Shown here in pieces: positions 38,751 through 50,680 of a DNA stretch of 64,000 bases. Source of the stretch: Veleropilina oligotropha (lineage: Eukaryota). Both the position numbers and the translations under genes were made by a program. Positions within the stretch are counted from its first letter, which is position 1. Every line of letters begins with the position of its first letter. Location of the stretch: the NCBI GenBank assembly GCA_048128005.1, contig JBEUKZ010000054.1:62001-126000 (forward strand), given 5' to 3'. Under the pieces are notes generated by a model. The model ran no database searches and was not told where the DNA came from. It saw only the letters and a list, made by a program, of their open reading frames with translations.

Positions 38751-41700
38751 TCAGTATTTTTCTATCAACTGCTTTTTATATTTGGCTTTGAAAATATGTC
38801 CGGAACGCGAATTCCTTAGTGATATGTCCAAGGAATTCCATAAACGTGGGCCCTGACATTTTATTGAATAAAGTCTTGTGTTTGTTCTGGAGATAATGAT
38901 ATGAATGTTATTTCTTTGTCTAGTGTTATGGCTGTGTATATGCTCATTAACCTGAAAATAGTTTTTAAACGCTATTGGTAGTTTGTTTAAGTGGTACCTG
39001 TGCATGAATGTTCCTATCTGATGCTTGTTTATGTCAAATATAGTTAATTGATTTAGTTTCTTGAAGATCGGTGCAGAGTGATCGAAGTATCCAGATGACG
39101 AAACAATTCTTACAATTCGTTTTTGTAATAAGAAAAGCTTTTGCAATCTGGAACGATAGGTACTAGCCCACACTATATTACAATATTGATAATAAGGTAA
39201 AATTAAAGTACAATATAGTGTGGGTAGTATATATGTAGGTAGTGATTGCTTTAGTTTATAAATAATTCCAATATGCTTAGCAATTTTATTTTGTACATTG
39301 CTAATATGTTGGGACCATGTTATGTTTTCATCCATTATTATTCCTAGAAATTTGGTGTTAGTCACTTGTTTTATATGTTTGTCATCTATAGTAATGTTAT
39401 TGTTTGCAATAGGATATTTCTTTAACTTGCTACAGAAGATCATATAGTTTGTTTTTGTTATATTTAGTGATAACTTGTTGATTTTGAACCATAGGGTGAC
39501 CTTTTCTAATTCTTTGTTCATTATGTTTATCATGGTATGGTAATTTTTGTGCGTAAAAAAAATACTAGTGTCATCAGCAAACAGAATAAATTTTAGTAGC
39601 TTTGAAGTATTTGCCAAATCATTAATATATATAATAAATAATAAAGGACCTAATATTGATCCCTGCGGAACACCGCAAGTTATTTGTCTCACTGATGAGT
39701 CTTTACCATTTACTGTCACGAACTGTGTCCTGTTTGTCAAATAATTTTCAAACCAGGTTAAAGGCAAGCCTCTAATGCCATAATATCGGAGTTTATTTAT
39801 AAGTATTTCATGATTTATTGTATCGAACGCTTTAGATAGGTCAATAAATACACCCACAGTATATTCTTTTTTTTCAATTGCTTCCGATATTTGGTCCATT
39901 AGTTCTAATAATGCCATAAAGGTCGAATGATTTTCTCTAAAACCATACTGTTTAGTGTATAAAATACTATGTGCGTTGAGATAATTTATCAGTCGTGAAA
40001 ATGCCACTTTTTCAAAAATTTTAGAGAAAACGGGCAAAATTGATATTGGTCTGTAATTAGATAATGAAGCGTCATCACCACTTTTAAAAATTGGAACCAC
40101 TTTGGCCATTTTTAGCTTGTCTGGTATTATTCCAGTAATTATAGATTTGTTAATAATTGAAGTTAGTATTGGAACGATGTTTTCTGACGTAGTTTTGACA
40201 ATAGATGAAGATATATCATCATATCCATTACTCTTTCCATATTTCAGACTAATGATAATATTTTGGACTTCCTCATTTCCAACAGGTGTAAAAAAGAAAG
40301 ATTTATCATAATTTCCAGTCATGCATGCTTTGTAGTCAACTTTTGTGTTGGGTATTTTATCAGCAAGCTGTGGGCCGATGTTAACGAAGAACCGATTGAA
40401 AGCATTAGCAATATTTTCCTCTCCAGAAACAGTTTCATTGTTATGAATGAATTTATCAGGTACTGTATTTTTATTATAATTTTTGTTCAACACAGATTTT
40501 ATTATTTTCCATGTTTGTTTTAAATTTTCTTTGGCAGAAGACAGTTTATTACTATAGTAGCTTTTTTCCGCTATTTTAAGCAAATGGTTTAATTTGTTTT
40601 TGAATTTCTTGTATTTATCATTTGCTTTAATTGTTGGTTGGCTTAAGAATTGTCTGTATAAGTTATTTTTTCTTTTACATGATTTCAGTAAACCGCTGGT
40701 TATCCAAGGTTTGTGCTTTTGGCGTTTAATGCTCACCTTTTTTAATGGAAAACTTTTTTCATATACTGTTTTATATTTGCTAATAAATTCATTGTATGAG
40801 GTATTCGGATTTTCATTTTTACAGATTTCCTCCCAGTTTATGTTTCCTAATTGATTTTTAAAAGATTCTATATTTTGTTGATTAAGATCCCTTTTATATA
40901 TAACTTTTGGCTTAACCCGATGTGAAAGATGACTGTTTACTATTTGAAAGACAGGTAAATGATCAGATATATCAGTGAACAGTATTCCTGATATGCATTT
41001 TTGACCCAAATTATTAGTAAAAATGTTATCTATCAGGGTAGTCGAGTGTGATGTTATTCTAGTTGGTTTATTGATTAGTGGAAAGAAGGAAAAGGAGATC
41101 ATGCTATTGAAGAAATTGTCCGTAAATTCGTGTGAGTCACATTTTAGAAGGTCCAAGTTGAAATCACCTGCTATGTAAACTAATTTGTTTTCCTTATTAA
41201 TCATTGTTAAAATAATGTCTAATTCCTTTTGGAATAATTCAATGCTGTGGTCAGGTGGTCTGTAGATCACACCAATAATTATATTTTTTGTCTTACTTTG
41301 TACAATTTCAATGAACAGGGATTCATAAATAGATTCGTTGAAGTAACTGAGGTCATCTCTTAGTTTAAACTGGAGATCTTCTCTTATATACAATCCAACT
41401 CCACCCCCCTTAGAGGTGATTCTTGATTTGTATACACACGTGTAATTTTCTATATCATATAGTTTTTCAGCTTCAGGAATTAGCCATGTTTCTGTGAGAG
41501 CTATAATTGAGAAATTAATATCTAAACTGTCTAAGTAATTGTTGATAGCTTTGTAATTTTTCCTTAGACTTCGACAGTTAACATGTATAATGGAGAGTGG
41601 GTTCTTAAATTGATTATGCTTAATATCATCATTGAATTGATCTTCAGTCATGTATTTACATTTATGACTGGTTGCTGTATTGTAGAAATTGTTGTCTGGA

Positions 41701-42050
41701 TCTATGTCATCATTGTTTATTGTAAATTCCTTGTCATTTAATTCAAATGGGTTAAATTGTAAAGTGTTTAAGCATTCTGTATTTATATTTACTGGCATAT
41801 TCTTTAAGTTAACGGCTACTTGGAAATCGTCTTCATTTTCAATATTATTGAAAGGAAACATATCAATCAAGCAATTCTTACAGAACCAATCATATCCAGA
41901 ATCTCTTAAATAATTAAATTCGTCAGGATTCAATGTAATACAATTTTTGTGGGCCCATTGGTTACATACAGTACACAATAGTTTCCTTTGATATGTCTTA
42001 ACAGTTTTACTACATGTCATACAAAAGATCGTCGAGTTTGTTTTACTCAT
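38751..42050 (-). CDS. LINE ORF2: PHD finger, AP endonuclease and reverse transcriptase
   Basis: PHD: CxxC..CxxCxxWxHxxC..WFCxxC. APE: HVNCRS, LTETWL, GVIYRPP, AGDFNLD, PTR, IDNIF, SDHLPV. RT: YRPISIL, DLSKAFD, GVPQGS, FADD. First ATG at 42050; no stops. Confidence 0.95.
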   Translation of the reverse strand: MSKTNSTIFCMTCSKTVKTYQRKLLCTVCNQWAHKNCITLNPDEFNYLRDSGYDWFCKNCLIDMFPFNNIENEDDFQVAVNLKNMPVNINTECLNTLQFNPFELNDKEFTINNDDIDPDNNFYNTATSHKCKYMTEDQFNDDIKHNQFKNPLSIIHVNCRSLRKNYKAINNYLDSLDINFSIIALTETWLIPEAEKLYDIENYTCVYKSRITSKGGGVGLYIREDLQFKLRDDLSYFNESIYESLFIEIVQSKTKNIIIGVIYRPPDHSIELFQKELDIILTMINKENKLVYIAGDFNLDLLKCDSHEFTDNFFNSMISFSFFPLINKPTRITSHSTTLIDNIFTNNLGQKCISGILFTDISDHLPVFQIVNSHLSHRVKPKVIYKRDLNQQNIESFKNQLGNINWEEICKNENPNTSYNEFISKYKTVYEKSFPLKKVSIKRQKHKPWITSGLLKSCKRKNNLYRQFLSQPTIKANDKYKKFKNKLNHLLKIAEKSYYSNKLSSAKENLKQTWKIIKSVLNKNYNKNTVPDKFIHNNETVSGEENIANAFNRFFVNIGPQLADKIPNTKVDYKACMTGNYDKSFFFTPVGNEEVQNIIISLKYGKSNGYDDISSSIVKTTSENIVPILTSIINKSIITGIIPDKLKMAKVVPIFKSGDDASLSNYRPISILPVFSKIFEKVAFSRLINYLNAHSILYTKQYGFRENHSTFMALLELMDQISEAIEKKEYTVGVFIDLSKAFDTINHEILINKLRYYGIRGLPLTWFENYLTNRTQFVTVNGKDSSVRQITCGVPQGSILGPLLFIIYINDLANTSKLLKFILFADDTSIFFTHKNYHTMINIMNKELEKVTLWFKINKLSLNITKTNYMIFCSKLKKYPIANNNITIDDKHIKQVTNTKFLGIIMDENITWSQHISNVQNKIAKHIGIIYKLKQSLPTYILPTLYCTLILPYYQYCNIVWASTYRSRLQKLFLLQKRIVRIVSSSGYFDHSAPIFKKLNQLTIFDINKHQIGTFMHRYHLNKLPIAFKNYFQVNEHIHSHNTRQRNNIHIIISRTNTRLYSIKCQGPRLWNSLDISLRNSRSGHIFKAKYKKQLIEKY

Positions 42051-42355
42051 TTGTAAAACAAATTGCAACTGAGTATCTTACGTATAATAAAGAATAAATA
42101 ATATATATAAGTTAACAAAGAGAAGAAAAAAGGTATTGAAAAGCTAAATTTGCTTAGTACTAGCAAATTTAAATATGAACATGGGAAATTTTATGCTAAT
42201 AAGAATGGTAATTTAAGTTAGTTTAAAGTCTGGGGATAATTATTTGTTGTATAATTTAGTCTGGGGACAAATTATTTGCTATATAATTTTGTCTTGGGAT
42301 GAATTATTTTATGATATAATGATTATATACATACATATAAAACTATCATATACAA

Positions 42356-43198
42356 TTAGTTTGAGAGCAGGGCATGGACGTCACAACCTGGTTGAAGGCG
42401 TACCTTCTTCCCATTTTTTCCAAGGGCGATGATTTTGCCGTTTATTGTCCATGCTGCTTCCACATTGACATCATTTTTTGCCCGATTGAGAAGCTGGACA
42501 TTTGTCTTTGTTAAGTCATCAAATATAGCGAACGAAGTTCCTTTGAAGCGTGATTTATTTCGCATGACAGTGAGTTTTTCAGTTGTACTGGCGAAACGAA
42601 CAATAATTGCACGGGTTTTGCCCTGCTGGTACTTGCCAACCCGATGTGCAACATCCATGCGTGTGGTATTGGTGTCCAGTTTCAGCTTTTCTTCTAATAA
42701 ATTGGACACTAATTGCTTGCAGTCCTCGTCCTTTTGTTCTACAATCCCGAGAACACGCACGCAATTTTTCCGCGAGTATTGTTCGAGGTCGTTACAGTGC
42801 AATACTAACTGCGATACTTCGCGCTTCAGCGATTTGTTTTCGTCGATTGATTGTTGCATTTTGCTTGATTGGGATCGTACAATGTCAACAAGTTTTTCGT
42901 TTTCTTTCGCCAAATCGAAAATTTGTGAATGAAGTTTGTCTAACTTTTCTGATATTAAATCGTTGATTTGACTTTTTAATGTTATAAGCGCAGATACGAC
43001 CGCCTTTTCCATTGCCGACGTTAGCAGTGCCTCCAGAGTTTCCTCATTTATGAAAATGCCGTCAACAACATCTTGTGATTTACGAGATACGTTTGATATA
43101 TCGCTTAAAATATCGCTAATGTCAATATTGATTGATTTTGATTCCTGGTCATGCCTTTTGGGTGTTTCGGCGCTGTTTTTTTGTCCTTTTTTCGGCAT
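42356..43198 (-). CDS. LINE ORF1: coiled coil plus RRM-like (L1/transposase-22-type) protein, 280 aa
   Basis: LEQYSRKNCVRVLGIVEQKDED..DVAHRVGK..RAIIVRF..IFDDLTK..AWTINGKI. Confidence 0.9.
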   Translation of the reverse strand: MPKKGQKNSAETPKRHDQESKSINIDISDILSDISNVSRKSQDVVDGIFINEETLEALLTSAMEKAVVSALITLKSQINDLISEKLDKLHSQIFDLAKENEKLVDIVRSQSSKMQQSIDENKSLKREVSQLVLHCNDLEQYSRKNCVRVLGIVEQKDEDCKQLVSNLLEEKLKLDTNTTRMDVAHRVGKYQQGKTRAIIVRFASTTEKLTVMRNKSRFKGTSFAIFDDLTKTNVQLLNRAKNDVNVEAAWTINGKIIALGKNGKKVRLQPGCDVHALLSN

Positions 43199-46100
43199 AG
43201 TTAACTTCGATTTTCAATACTGATGGTGTGTTCAATAATCGAGAAAAGAACGTGCGCGTGTATAATACCAGAATATACTTACAACAATAATGACATATTA
43301 TCCTCAGTTCCGCATAGCTATATCATAACCTGCATAATAATCCCAGGTAAACGGTAGACGTTCACATAATTCAGTAATGGCGATCTAGCTTTGTCTATAA
43401 ATAGAACAGAGGAGCCACCAAAAACACGTCTGTTCAGCTCAAATATTATGATATCGGATCACCAGCCCTTCCTTCACCATCCTCCACCCGCCCCTTTCCT
43501 CACCACTCCCCTACCTCCCCGCCCCTCCATCACCATCCTCCACCCACCTGCCCCCACCCCACCCTCTCCCTTCCTCACCCACCCACCCCCTTCACCATCC
43601 TCCACCCTCACCCGCCCCTCCCTCGCCATCCTCCACCCTCAGCCGCCCCTCCCTCACCATCCTCAACCGCCCCTCCCCCATTACATCCTCCACGCTCACC
43701 CGCCCCTCCCTTCTCCACCCTCAACTGCCCTCCCCCACCATCCTCCACCTGCCCCTCCCTCACCATCCTCCGCCCGCCCCTCCCTCACCATTCTCCACCC
43801 TTACCCGCTCCCTCCCTCATCATCATCCACCCGCCCCTCCCTCACTATCCTCCACCCCCACCCACCCCTTTCCTCACCATCCTCCACCCGCCCCTCCCTC
43901 ACCATTCTCCACCCTTAGCCGCCCCTCCCTCACCATCCTCCACCCTCAACCGCCCCTCTCTCACCAGCCCCCTCCCTCACCCGCCCCTCCCTCACCATCC
44001 TCCTCCCTCACCCGCCCCTCCCTCACCATCCTCACCCGCCCCTCCCTCACCATCCTCCACCCGCCCCTTTCCTCACCATCCTTCACCCTCACCCGCCCCT
44101 CCCTCATCATCGTCCACCGCCATTCGCCCCCCTCACCATCCTTCGCCCTCACCCGCCCCTCCCTCACCATCCTCCACCCGCCCCCTTCCTCACCATTCTC
44201 CATCCTCACCTTCCTCCACCCTCACCCGCCCTTCTCTTATCATCCTCCGCCCCTCTCCCACCAGCCCCCTCCCTCACCCGCCCCTCCCTCACCTTTCACC
44301 CTCACCCGCCTCTCCCTCACCCGCCCCTCCCTCCCTTACCATCCTCCACCCTCACCCGCCCCTCCCTCACCAACCTCCACCCGCCCCTCCCTCACCAACC
44401 TCCACCCGCCAATCCCTCACCATCCTCCACCAGTCCCTTCCTCACCATCCTCCAACCTCCCCTTTCCTCACCATCTTCCACCCGCCCCCTCACTCACCCG
44501 TCCCTCCCTCACCAACCTCCACCCTCACCGCCCCTCCCTCACCATCCTCCAACCTTCCTCACCATCCTCCAACCCCCTTTCCCACTTCCTCCACCCTCAC
44601 CCGCCCCCTTCCTCAACACCCCCTCCCTCACCCGCCCCTCCATCACCATCCTCCACCCGCCCCCTTCCTCACCATCCTCCACCCGCCCCACCCTCACCAT
44701 CATCACCTGCCCCTCTACACCCTCACCCGCCCCTCCCTTATCAACCTCCTCCCCTCTTTCACCCTCCCTCATCCGCCCCTCCCTCACCATCCTTCCTCCA
44801 CCCTCACCCACACTCCCTTACCATCCTCCACCCTCACCCGCCCCTCCCTCACCATCCTCCACCAGTCCCTTCCTCACAATCCTCCACCGTCCCCTTTCCT
44901 CACAATCTTCCACCCGCCCCCTCACTCACCCGTCCCTCCCTCACCCGTCCCTCCCTCACCATCCTCCACCCTCACTCGCCCCTCCCTCACCATCCTCCAA
45001 CCTTCCTCACCATCCCCCAACCCCCTTTCCCACTTCCTCCACCCTCACCCGCCCCCTTCCTCTACATCCCCTCCCTCACCCGCCCCTCCACCAACATCCT
45101 CCACCCGCCCCCTTCCTCACCATCCTCCACCCGCCCCACCCTCACCATCATCACCTGCCCCTCACCATCCTCCACCCTCACCTGCCCCTCCCTTATCAAC
45201 CTCCTCCCCTCTTTCACCCTCCCTCATCCGCCCCTCCCTCACCAGCCTCCTTCCTCCACCCTCACCCGCCCCTCCCTCACCATCCTCACCCTCCATCCCT
45301 TACCATCCTCCACCCTCACCTGCCCCTCCCTCACCATCGTCCACCCGCCCCCTCCCTCACCCGCCTCGCCCTCAACTGCTGCACCCTCACTCGCCCCACC
45401 CTCACCCGCTGCACCCTCACCCGCCGCACCCTCACCATCCTCCACCCTCCCTCACCCGCCCCTCCCTCACCCGCCCCTCCCTCACCATCCTCCAACTCCC
45501 TTCCTCACCATCCCCCTCCCTCAACTGCCCTCCCCCACCAACCTCCACCTGCCCCTCCCTCACCATCCGCCCGCCCCTCCCTCACCATTCTCCACCCTTA
45601 CCCGCTCCCTCCCTCATCATCCTCCACCCGCCCCACCCTCACCATCATCACCTGCCCCTCACCATCCTCCACCCTCACCCGCCCCTCCCTTATCAACCTC
45701 CCCTCTTTCACCCTCCCTCATCCGCCCCTCCCTCACCATCCTTCCTCCACCCTCACCCGCCCCTCCCTCACCATCCTCACCCTCCCTCCCTTACCATCCT
45801 CCACCCTCACCCGCCCCTCCCTCACCATCCTCCACCAGTCCCTTCCTCACCATCATCCACCCTCCCCTTTCCTCACAATCTTCCACCCGCCCCCTCACTC
45901 ACCCGTCCCTCCCTCACCATCCTCCACCCTCACTCGCCCCTCCCTCACCATCCTCCAACCTTCCTCACCATCCCCCAACCCCGTTCCCACTTCCTCCACC
46001 CTCACCCGCCCCCTTCCTCTGCATCCCCTCCCTCACCCGCCCCTCCGTCACCATCCTCCACCCGCCCCCTTCCTCTCCACCCTCACCATCATCACCCGCC

Positions 46101-49100
46101 CCTCACCATCCTCCACCCTCACCCACCCCTCCCTTATCAACCTCCTCCCCTCTTTCCCCCTCCCTCATCCGCCCCTCCCTCTCCTTCCTCCACCCTCACC
46201 CGCCCCTCCCTCACCATCCTCACCCTCCCTCCCTTACCATCCTCCACCCACCCCTCCCTCACCGTCGTCCACCCGCCCCCTCCCTCACCCGCCTCGCCCT
46301 CACCCGCTGCACCCTCACCCGCCCCACCCTCACCCGCTGCACCCTCACCCGCCGCACCCTCACCATCCTCCCTCACCCGCCCCTCCCTCACCATCCTCCA
46401 ACCCCCTTCCTCACCATCCCCCTCCCTCACCCGCCGCTCCACCACCATCCTCCACACTACCCGCACCCCCTTCCACACCCGCCCCTCCCTCACCATCCTC
46501 CACCCTCACCCGCCCCTCCCTCACCATCCTCCAACCCCCTTCCTCACCACCCCCTCCCTCACCCGCCCGTCCATCACCATCCTCCACACTGCCCACGCCC
46601 CCTTCCACCCGCCCCTCCCTCACCATTCTTCACCCTCACCCGCCCCTCCCTCACCATTCTTCACCCTCACCCGCCCCTCCCTCACCATCCTCCACCCTCA
46701 CCCGCCCCTACCTCACTATCATCCACCCTCACCCGCCCTTCCCTCCCTATCATCCACCCGCCCCCTCGGTCACCATCCTCCACTCACCCGCCCCTCCCTC
46801 ACCATCCTCCACCCTCACCCGCCCCTTCCTCACTATCATCCACCCTCACCCGCCCATCCCTCACTATCATCCACCTGCCCCCTCGGTCACCATCCTCCAC
46901 TCTCACCCGCCCCTCCATCACCATCCTCCACCCGCCCCTCCCTCACCATCCTCAATCCGCCCCTCCCTCACCATCCTCCACCCGCCCCTCCCTCACCATC
47001 CTCCATCCACCCTCACCTGCCCCTCTCTCACCATCCTCCACCCTCACCCGCCACCACCTCACCATCCTCCACCCTCACCCGCCCCTCCCTCACCATTCTT
47101 CACCCTCACCCGCCCCTACCTCACCATCCACCCTCACCTGCCCCTCCCTCACTATCATGTACCCTCACCCGCCCCTCCCTCACCATCCTCCACCCTCACC
47201 CGCCCCTCCCTCACCATCCACCCTCACCCGCCCCTCCCTCACCATCCTCCACCCTCACCCGCCCCTCCCTCACCATTCTTCACCCTCACCCGCCCCTACC
47301 TCACTATCATCCACCCTCACCTGCCCCTCCCTCACTATCATCCACCCTCACCCGCCCCTCCCTCACTCTCGTCCACCATCACCCGCCCCTACCTCACTAT
47401 CATCCACCCTCACCCGCCCCTCCCTCACTATCATCCACCCTCACCCGCCCCTCCCTCACCACCCTCCACCCTCACCCGCCCCTCCCTCACTATTCTTCAC
47501 CCTCACCCGCCCCTACCTCACTATCATCCACCCTCACCCGCCCCTCCCTCACTATCATCCGCCCTCACCCGCCCCTACCTCACTATAATCCACCCTCACC
47601 TGCCCCTCCCTCACTATCATCCACCCTCACCCGCCCCTCCCTCACCATCCTCCACCCTCACCCGCCCCTCCCTCACTATCATCCACCCTCACCCGCCCCT
47701 CCCTCACCATCCTCCACCCTCACCTGCCCCTCCCACACCATTCTTCACCCTCACCCGGCCCTCCCTCACTATCATCCACCCTCACCCGCCCCTACCTCAC
47801 TATCATCCACCATAACCCGCCCCTCCCTCACTATCATCCACCCTCACCCGCCCCGCCCTCACCATCCTCCACCCTCACCCGCCCCTCCCTCACCATTCTT
47901 CACCCTCACCCGCCCCTTTCCTCACCATCCTCCACCCGCCCCCTCGGTCACCATCCTCCACTCTCACCCGCCCCTTTCCTCACCATCCCTCACCCGCCAC
48001 ACCCACCCCATCCTCCACCCGTCCCCTCCCTCACCATCCTCCACCCTCACCCGCCCCTCCCTCACCATTCTTCACCCTCACCCGCCCCTACCTCACTATC
48101 ATCCACCCTCACCCGCCCCTCCCTCACTATCATCCACCCTCACCCGCCCCTCCCTCACTATCGTCCACCATCACCCGCCCCTACCTCACTATCATCCACC
48201 CTCACCCGCCCCTCCCTCACTATCATCCACCCTCACCCGCCCGTCCCTCACTATCGTCCACCCTCACCATCCTCCACCCTCATCCGCCCCTCCCTCACCA
48301 TTCTTCACCCTCACCCGCCCCTACCTCACTATTCCTCACCCGCCCCTACCTCACTATCATCCACCCTCACCTGCCCCTCCCTCACTATCATCTGCCCTCA
48401 CCCGCCCCTACCTCACTATAATCCACCCTCACCCGCCCCTCCCTCACTATCATCCACCCTCACCCGCCCCTCCCTCACCATCCTCCACCCTCACCCGCCC
48501 CTCCCTCACTATCATCCACCCTCACCCGCCCCTCCCTCACCTGCCCCTCCCTCACCCGCCCCTCCCTCACCCGCCCCTCCCTCACCCGCCCCTCCCTCAC
48601 CATTCTTCACCCTCACCCGGCCCTCCCTCACTATCATCCACCCTCACCCGCCCCTACCTCACTATCATCCACCATAACCCGCCCCTCCCTCACTATCATC
48701 CACCCTCACCCGCCCCTCCCTCACCATCCTCCACCCTCACCCGCCCCTCCCTCACCATTCTCCACCCTCACCCACCCCTTTCCTCACCATCCTCCACCCG
48801 CCCCCTCGGTCACCATCCTCCACTCTCACCCGCCCCTTTCCTCACCATCCCTCACCCGCCACACCCACACCATCCTCCACCCGTCCCCTCCCTCACCATC
48901 CTCCACCCCACTTTCCCCTCCCTCATCATCCCCACCCCTCCCTCACTTTCCTCTGCCCGCCCCTCCCTCACTATCCCTCGCCCGCCCCTCCCTCATCATC
49001 ATCCACCCTCACCCGCCCCTCCTTTACCATCCTCCACCCGCTCCTCCCTCACCATCCTCTGCCCTCTCCAGCCCCTCCTTCACCATCCTCCACCCACCCC

Positions 49101-49573
49101 CTTCCTCACCATCCTCCACCCGCCCCCTTCCTCACCATCCTCCATCCTCACCAGCCCCTCCCTCTTCATCCTCCACCCTCACCCGCCCCTCCCTTATCAT
49201 CCCCGCCACTCTCTCACCCGCCCCCTCCCTCACCATCCTCTCTCACCTTCCTCCACCCTCACCCGCCCCTCCCTCACCATGCTCCACCCGCCCCTTTCCT
49301 CACCATCCTCCACCCGCACTCACCCGCCCCACCCACCGCACCCTCACCATCCTCCACCTGTCCCCTGCCTCACCCGCCCCTCCCTCACCATCCTCCACCC
49401 TCACCCGCCCCATCCTCCAACCCCCTTCCTCACTATCCACCCTCACCCTGCCCCTCCCTCACCAGCCTCCCTCCCTGTATTTCACCCCACCATCCTCACC
49501 CGCCCCCGAGCTCACCAGCCACCCTCCGTGTGCCCCCACCCTCTCTCACCACCCTCACCCGCCCCTCCCTCAC

Positions 49574-49707
49574 CATCCACCCGCCGCCGTCCGTGTCCAT
49601 GTCGCAGTACACGTCGACTTCGCTGTCGTTTGCGTAGTATACTTTGTGAATGCCGCTGTTCGTGACGCCACTGTGCAGGAGGTCGAGGCAGTATCGAGGC
49701 TTGGTGA
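49574..49707 (-). CDS. FReD protein exon 3 (start of fibrinogen domain)
   Basis: ttgtag|TC..ATG|gtgagg, 134 nt, phase 1-0. TKPRYCLDLLHSGVTNSGIHKVYYANDSEVDVYCDMDTDGGGWM. Confidence 0.92.
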
Positions 49708-50183
49708 CTACAACTAATTGAACGTGAATTTGAATAAGAATTGATAACAATCTTGGTATATTCATGCCAAAATCGTGAACAAAATGGATGAATTGATGTG
49801 TAGCGACCACGCCAACAGTATTTCAGTTATAAATCGGGTCAATCAACTTTGAATGATGAGATGGATTAGTGCTCTATGCAATGGTGGCAGCGATCATTGG
49901 AAAATCATGAACAATTCGGAATATTTTCATATAGACACTCAAGCATAACACATTTTTTGTATTCAATGTCATTCATTTATAAATATTTAAACAAAGACAA
50001 ATTCGATTATACTTATATATTAATATGACTATAAATAAATGAACAAAAGATAATAACAAGCAAATTAGAAAATCCCTCCCCACAATAACTAATGGACAAA
50101 CACCGACATAAGAAAAGCATTTACTAAAACATTAGTTAAACACGCGGAATTATCCTGCTTTATGAAGAATATTCTTTAGTTAC

Positions 50184-50310
50184 CATCGTTCAGTTCATAA
50201 AACTCCTTGGCGGTGGTGCACATATCCGCGATATGCGCCGACTTTGATGTTACCTCCCCGAAGGTCAATTGTGTCCTGTGTTTGTGAAGGGTTAACTTAA
50301 GCATCTCCAG
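50184..50310 (-). CDS. FReD protein exon 2 (putative)
   Basis: attgcag|CTG..G|gtaact, 127 nt, phase 0-1, which fits both neighbours. LEMLKLTLHKHRTQLTFGEVTSKSAHIADMCTTAKEFYELND. No homology support. Confidence 0.65.
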
Positions 50311-50511
50311 CTGCAATGTATGTTTTTTTATAAACTATGTGCATATAAACTGAAATAAGAAGTATAGATCTACTTTTCCGTTGCCTACTCTATCTAAGCT
50401 ACTAGCAAATATTACTCGTCCAAGATTCCCAATTAGGCCTAATACACTTCTGATACCGCTTGTGTCTTGTCCGTCACACAGTATACTTGATTTATCACAG
50501 ACGATACAATG

Positions 50512-50680
50512 ATGTTATCAGTATTGTGTGGATTCTGTCACCTCGGAAACCTCGAGTGACGTCGTAGTTTTTGCGGCGGATTAATCGCGAGAACGAAGTT
50601 CGAGCGATTAATCCGCCGCAAAAACTACGACCTCACGAGAGGTTTCCGAGGTGACAGAATCCACACAATACTGATAACAT
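50512..50680 (+). repeat. 169-nt hairpin: two 83-nt arms with a GAA loop
   Basis: The arms pair perfectly except for two GA/GA tandems and one C-C. Followed by TTTTATTATAT. Confidence 0.97.

Larger units (their letters stand above)
38138..43459 (-). mobile_element. Apparently full-length LINE (CR1/L2-group), 5322 bp
   Basis: 5'UTR with AGACGTG motif, ORF1, ORF2, and 3'UTR ending AATAAA(TTCA)n. The flanks rejoin to CACCTTTCT|CACCAGCCC, which occurs intact at 37777-37794. Confidence 0.95.
37181..49573. repeat. C-rich 25/31-bp degenerate array (CCCTCCCTCACCATCCTCCA[CCCTCA]CCCGC), ~7 kb net, split by a LINE
   Basis: Direct reading. The array ends exactly at the FReD exon-3 donor. Confidence 0.95.

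Noticed and set aside
35305..49495. Pro/Ser/His-rich extensin- or mucin-like ORFs and Gly/Glu/Arg-rich ORFs
   Set aside because: Open in several frames at once because the low-complexity arrays lack stop codons. They lie in FReD intron 3.
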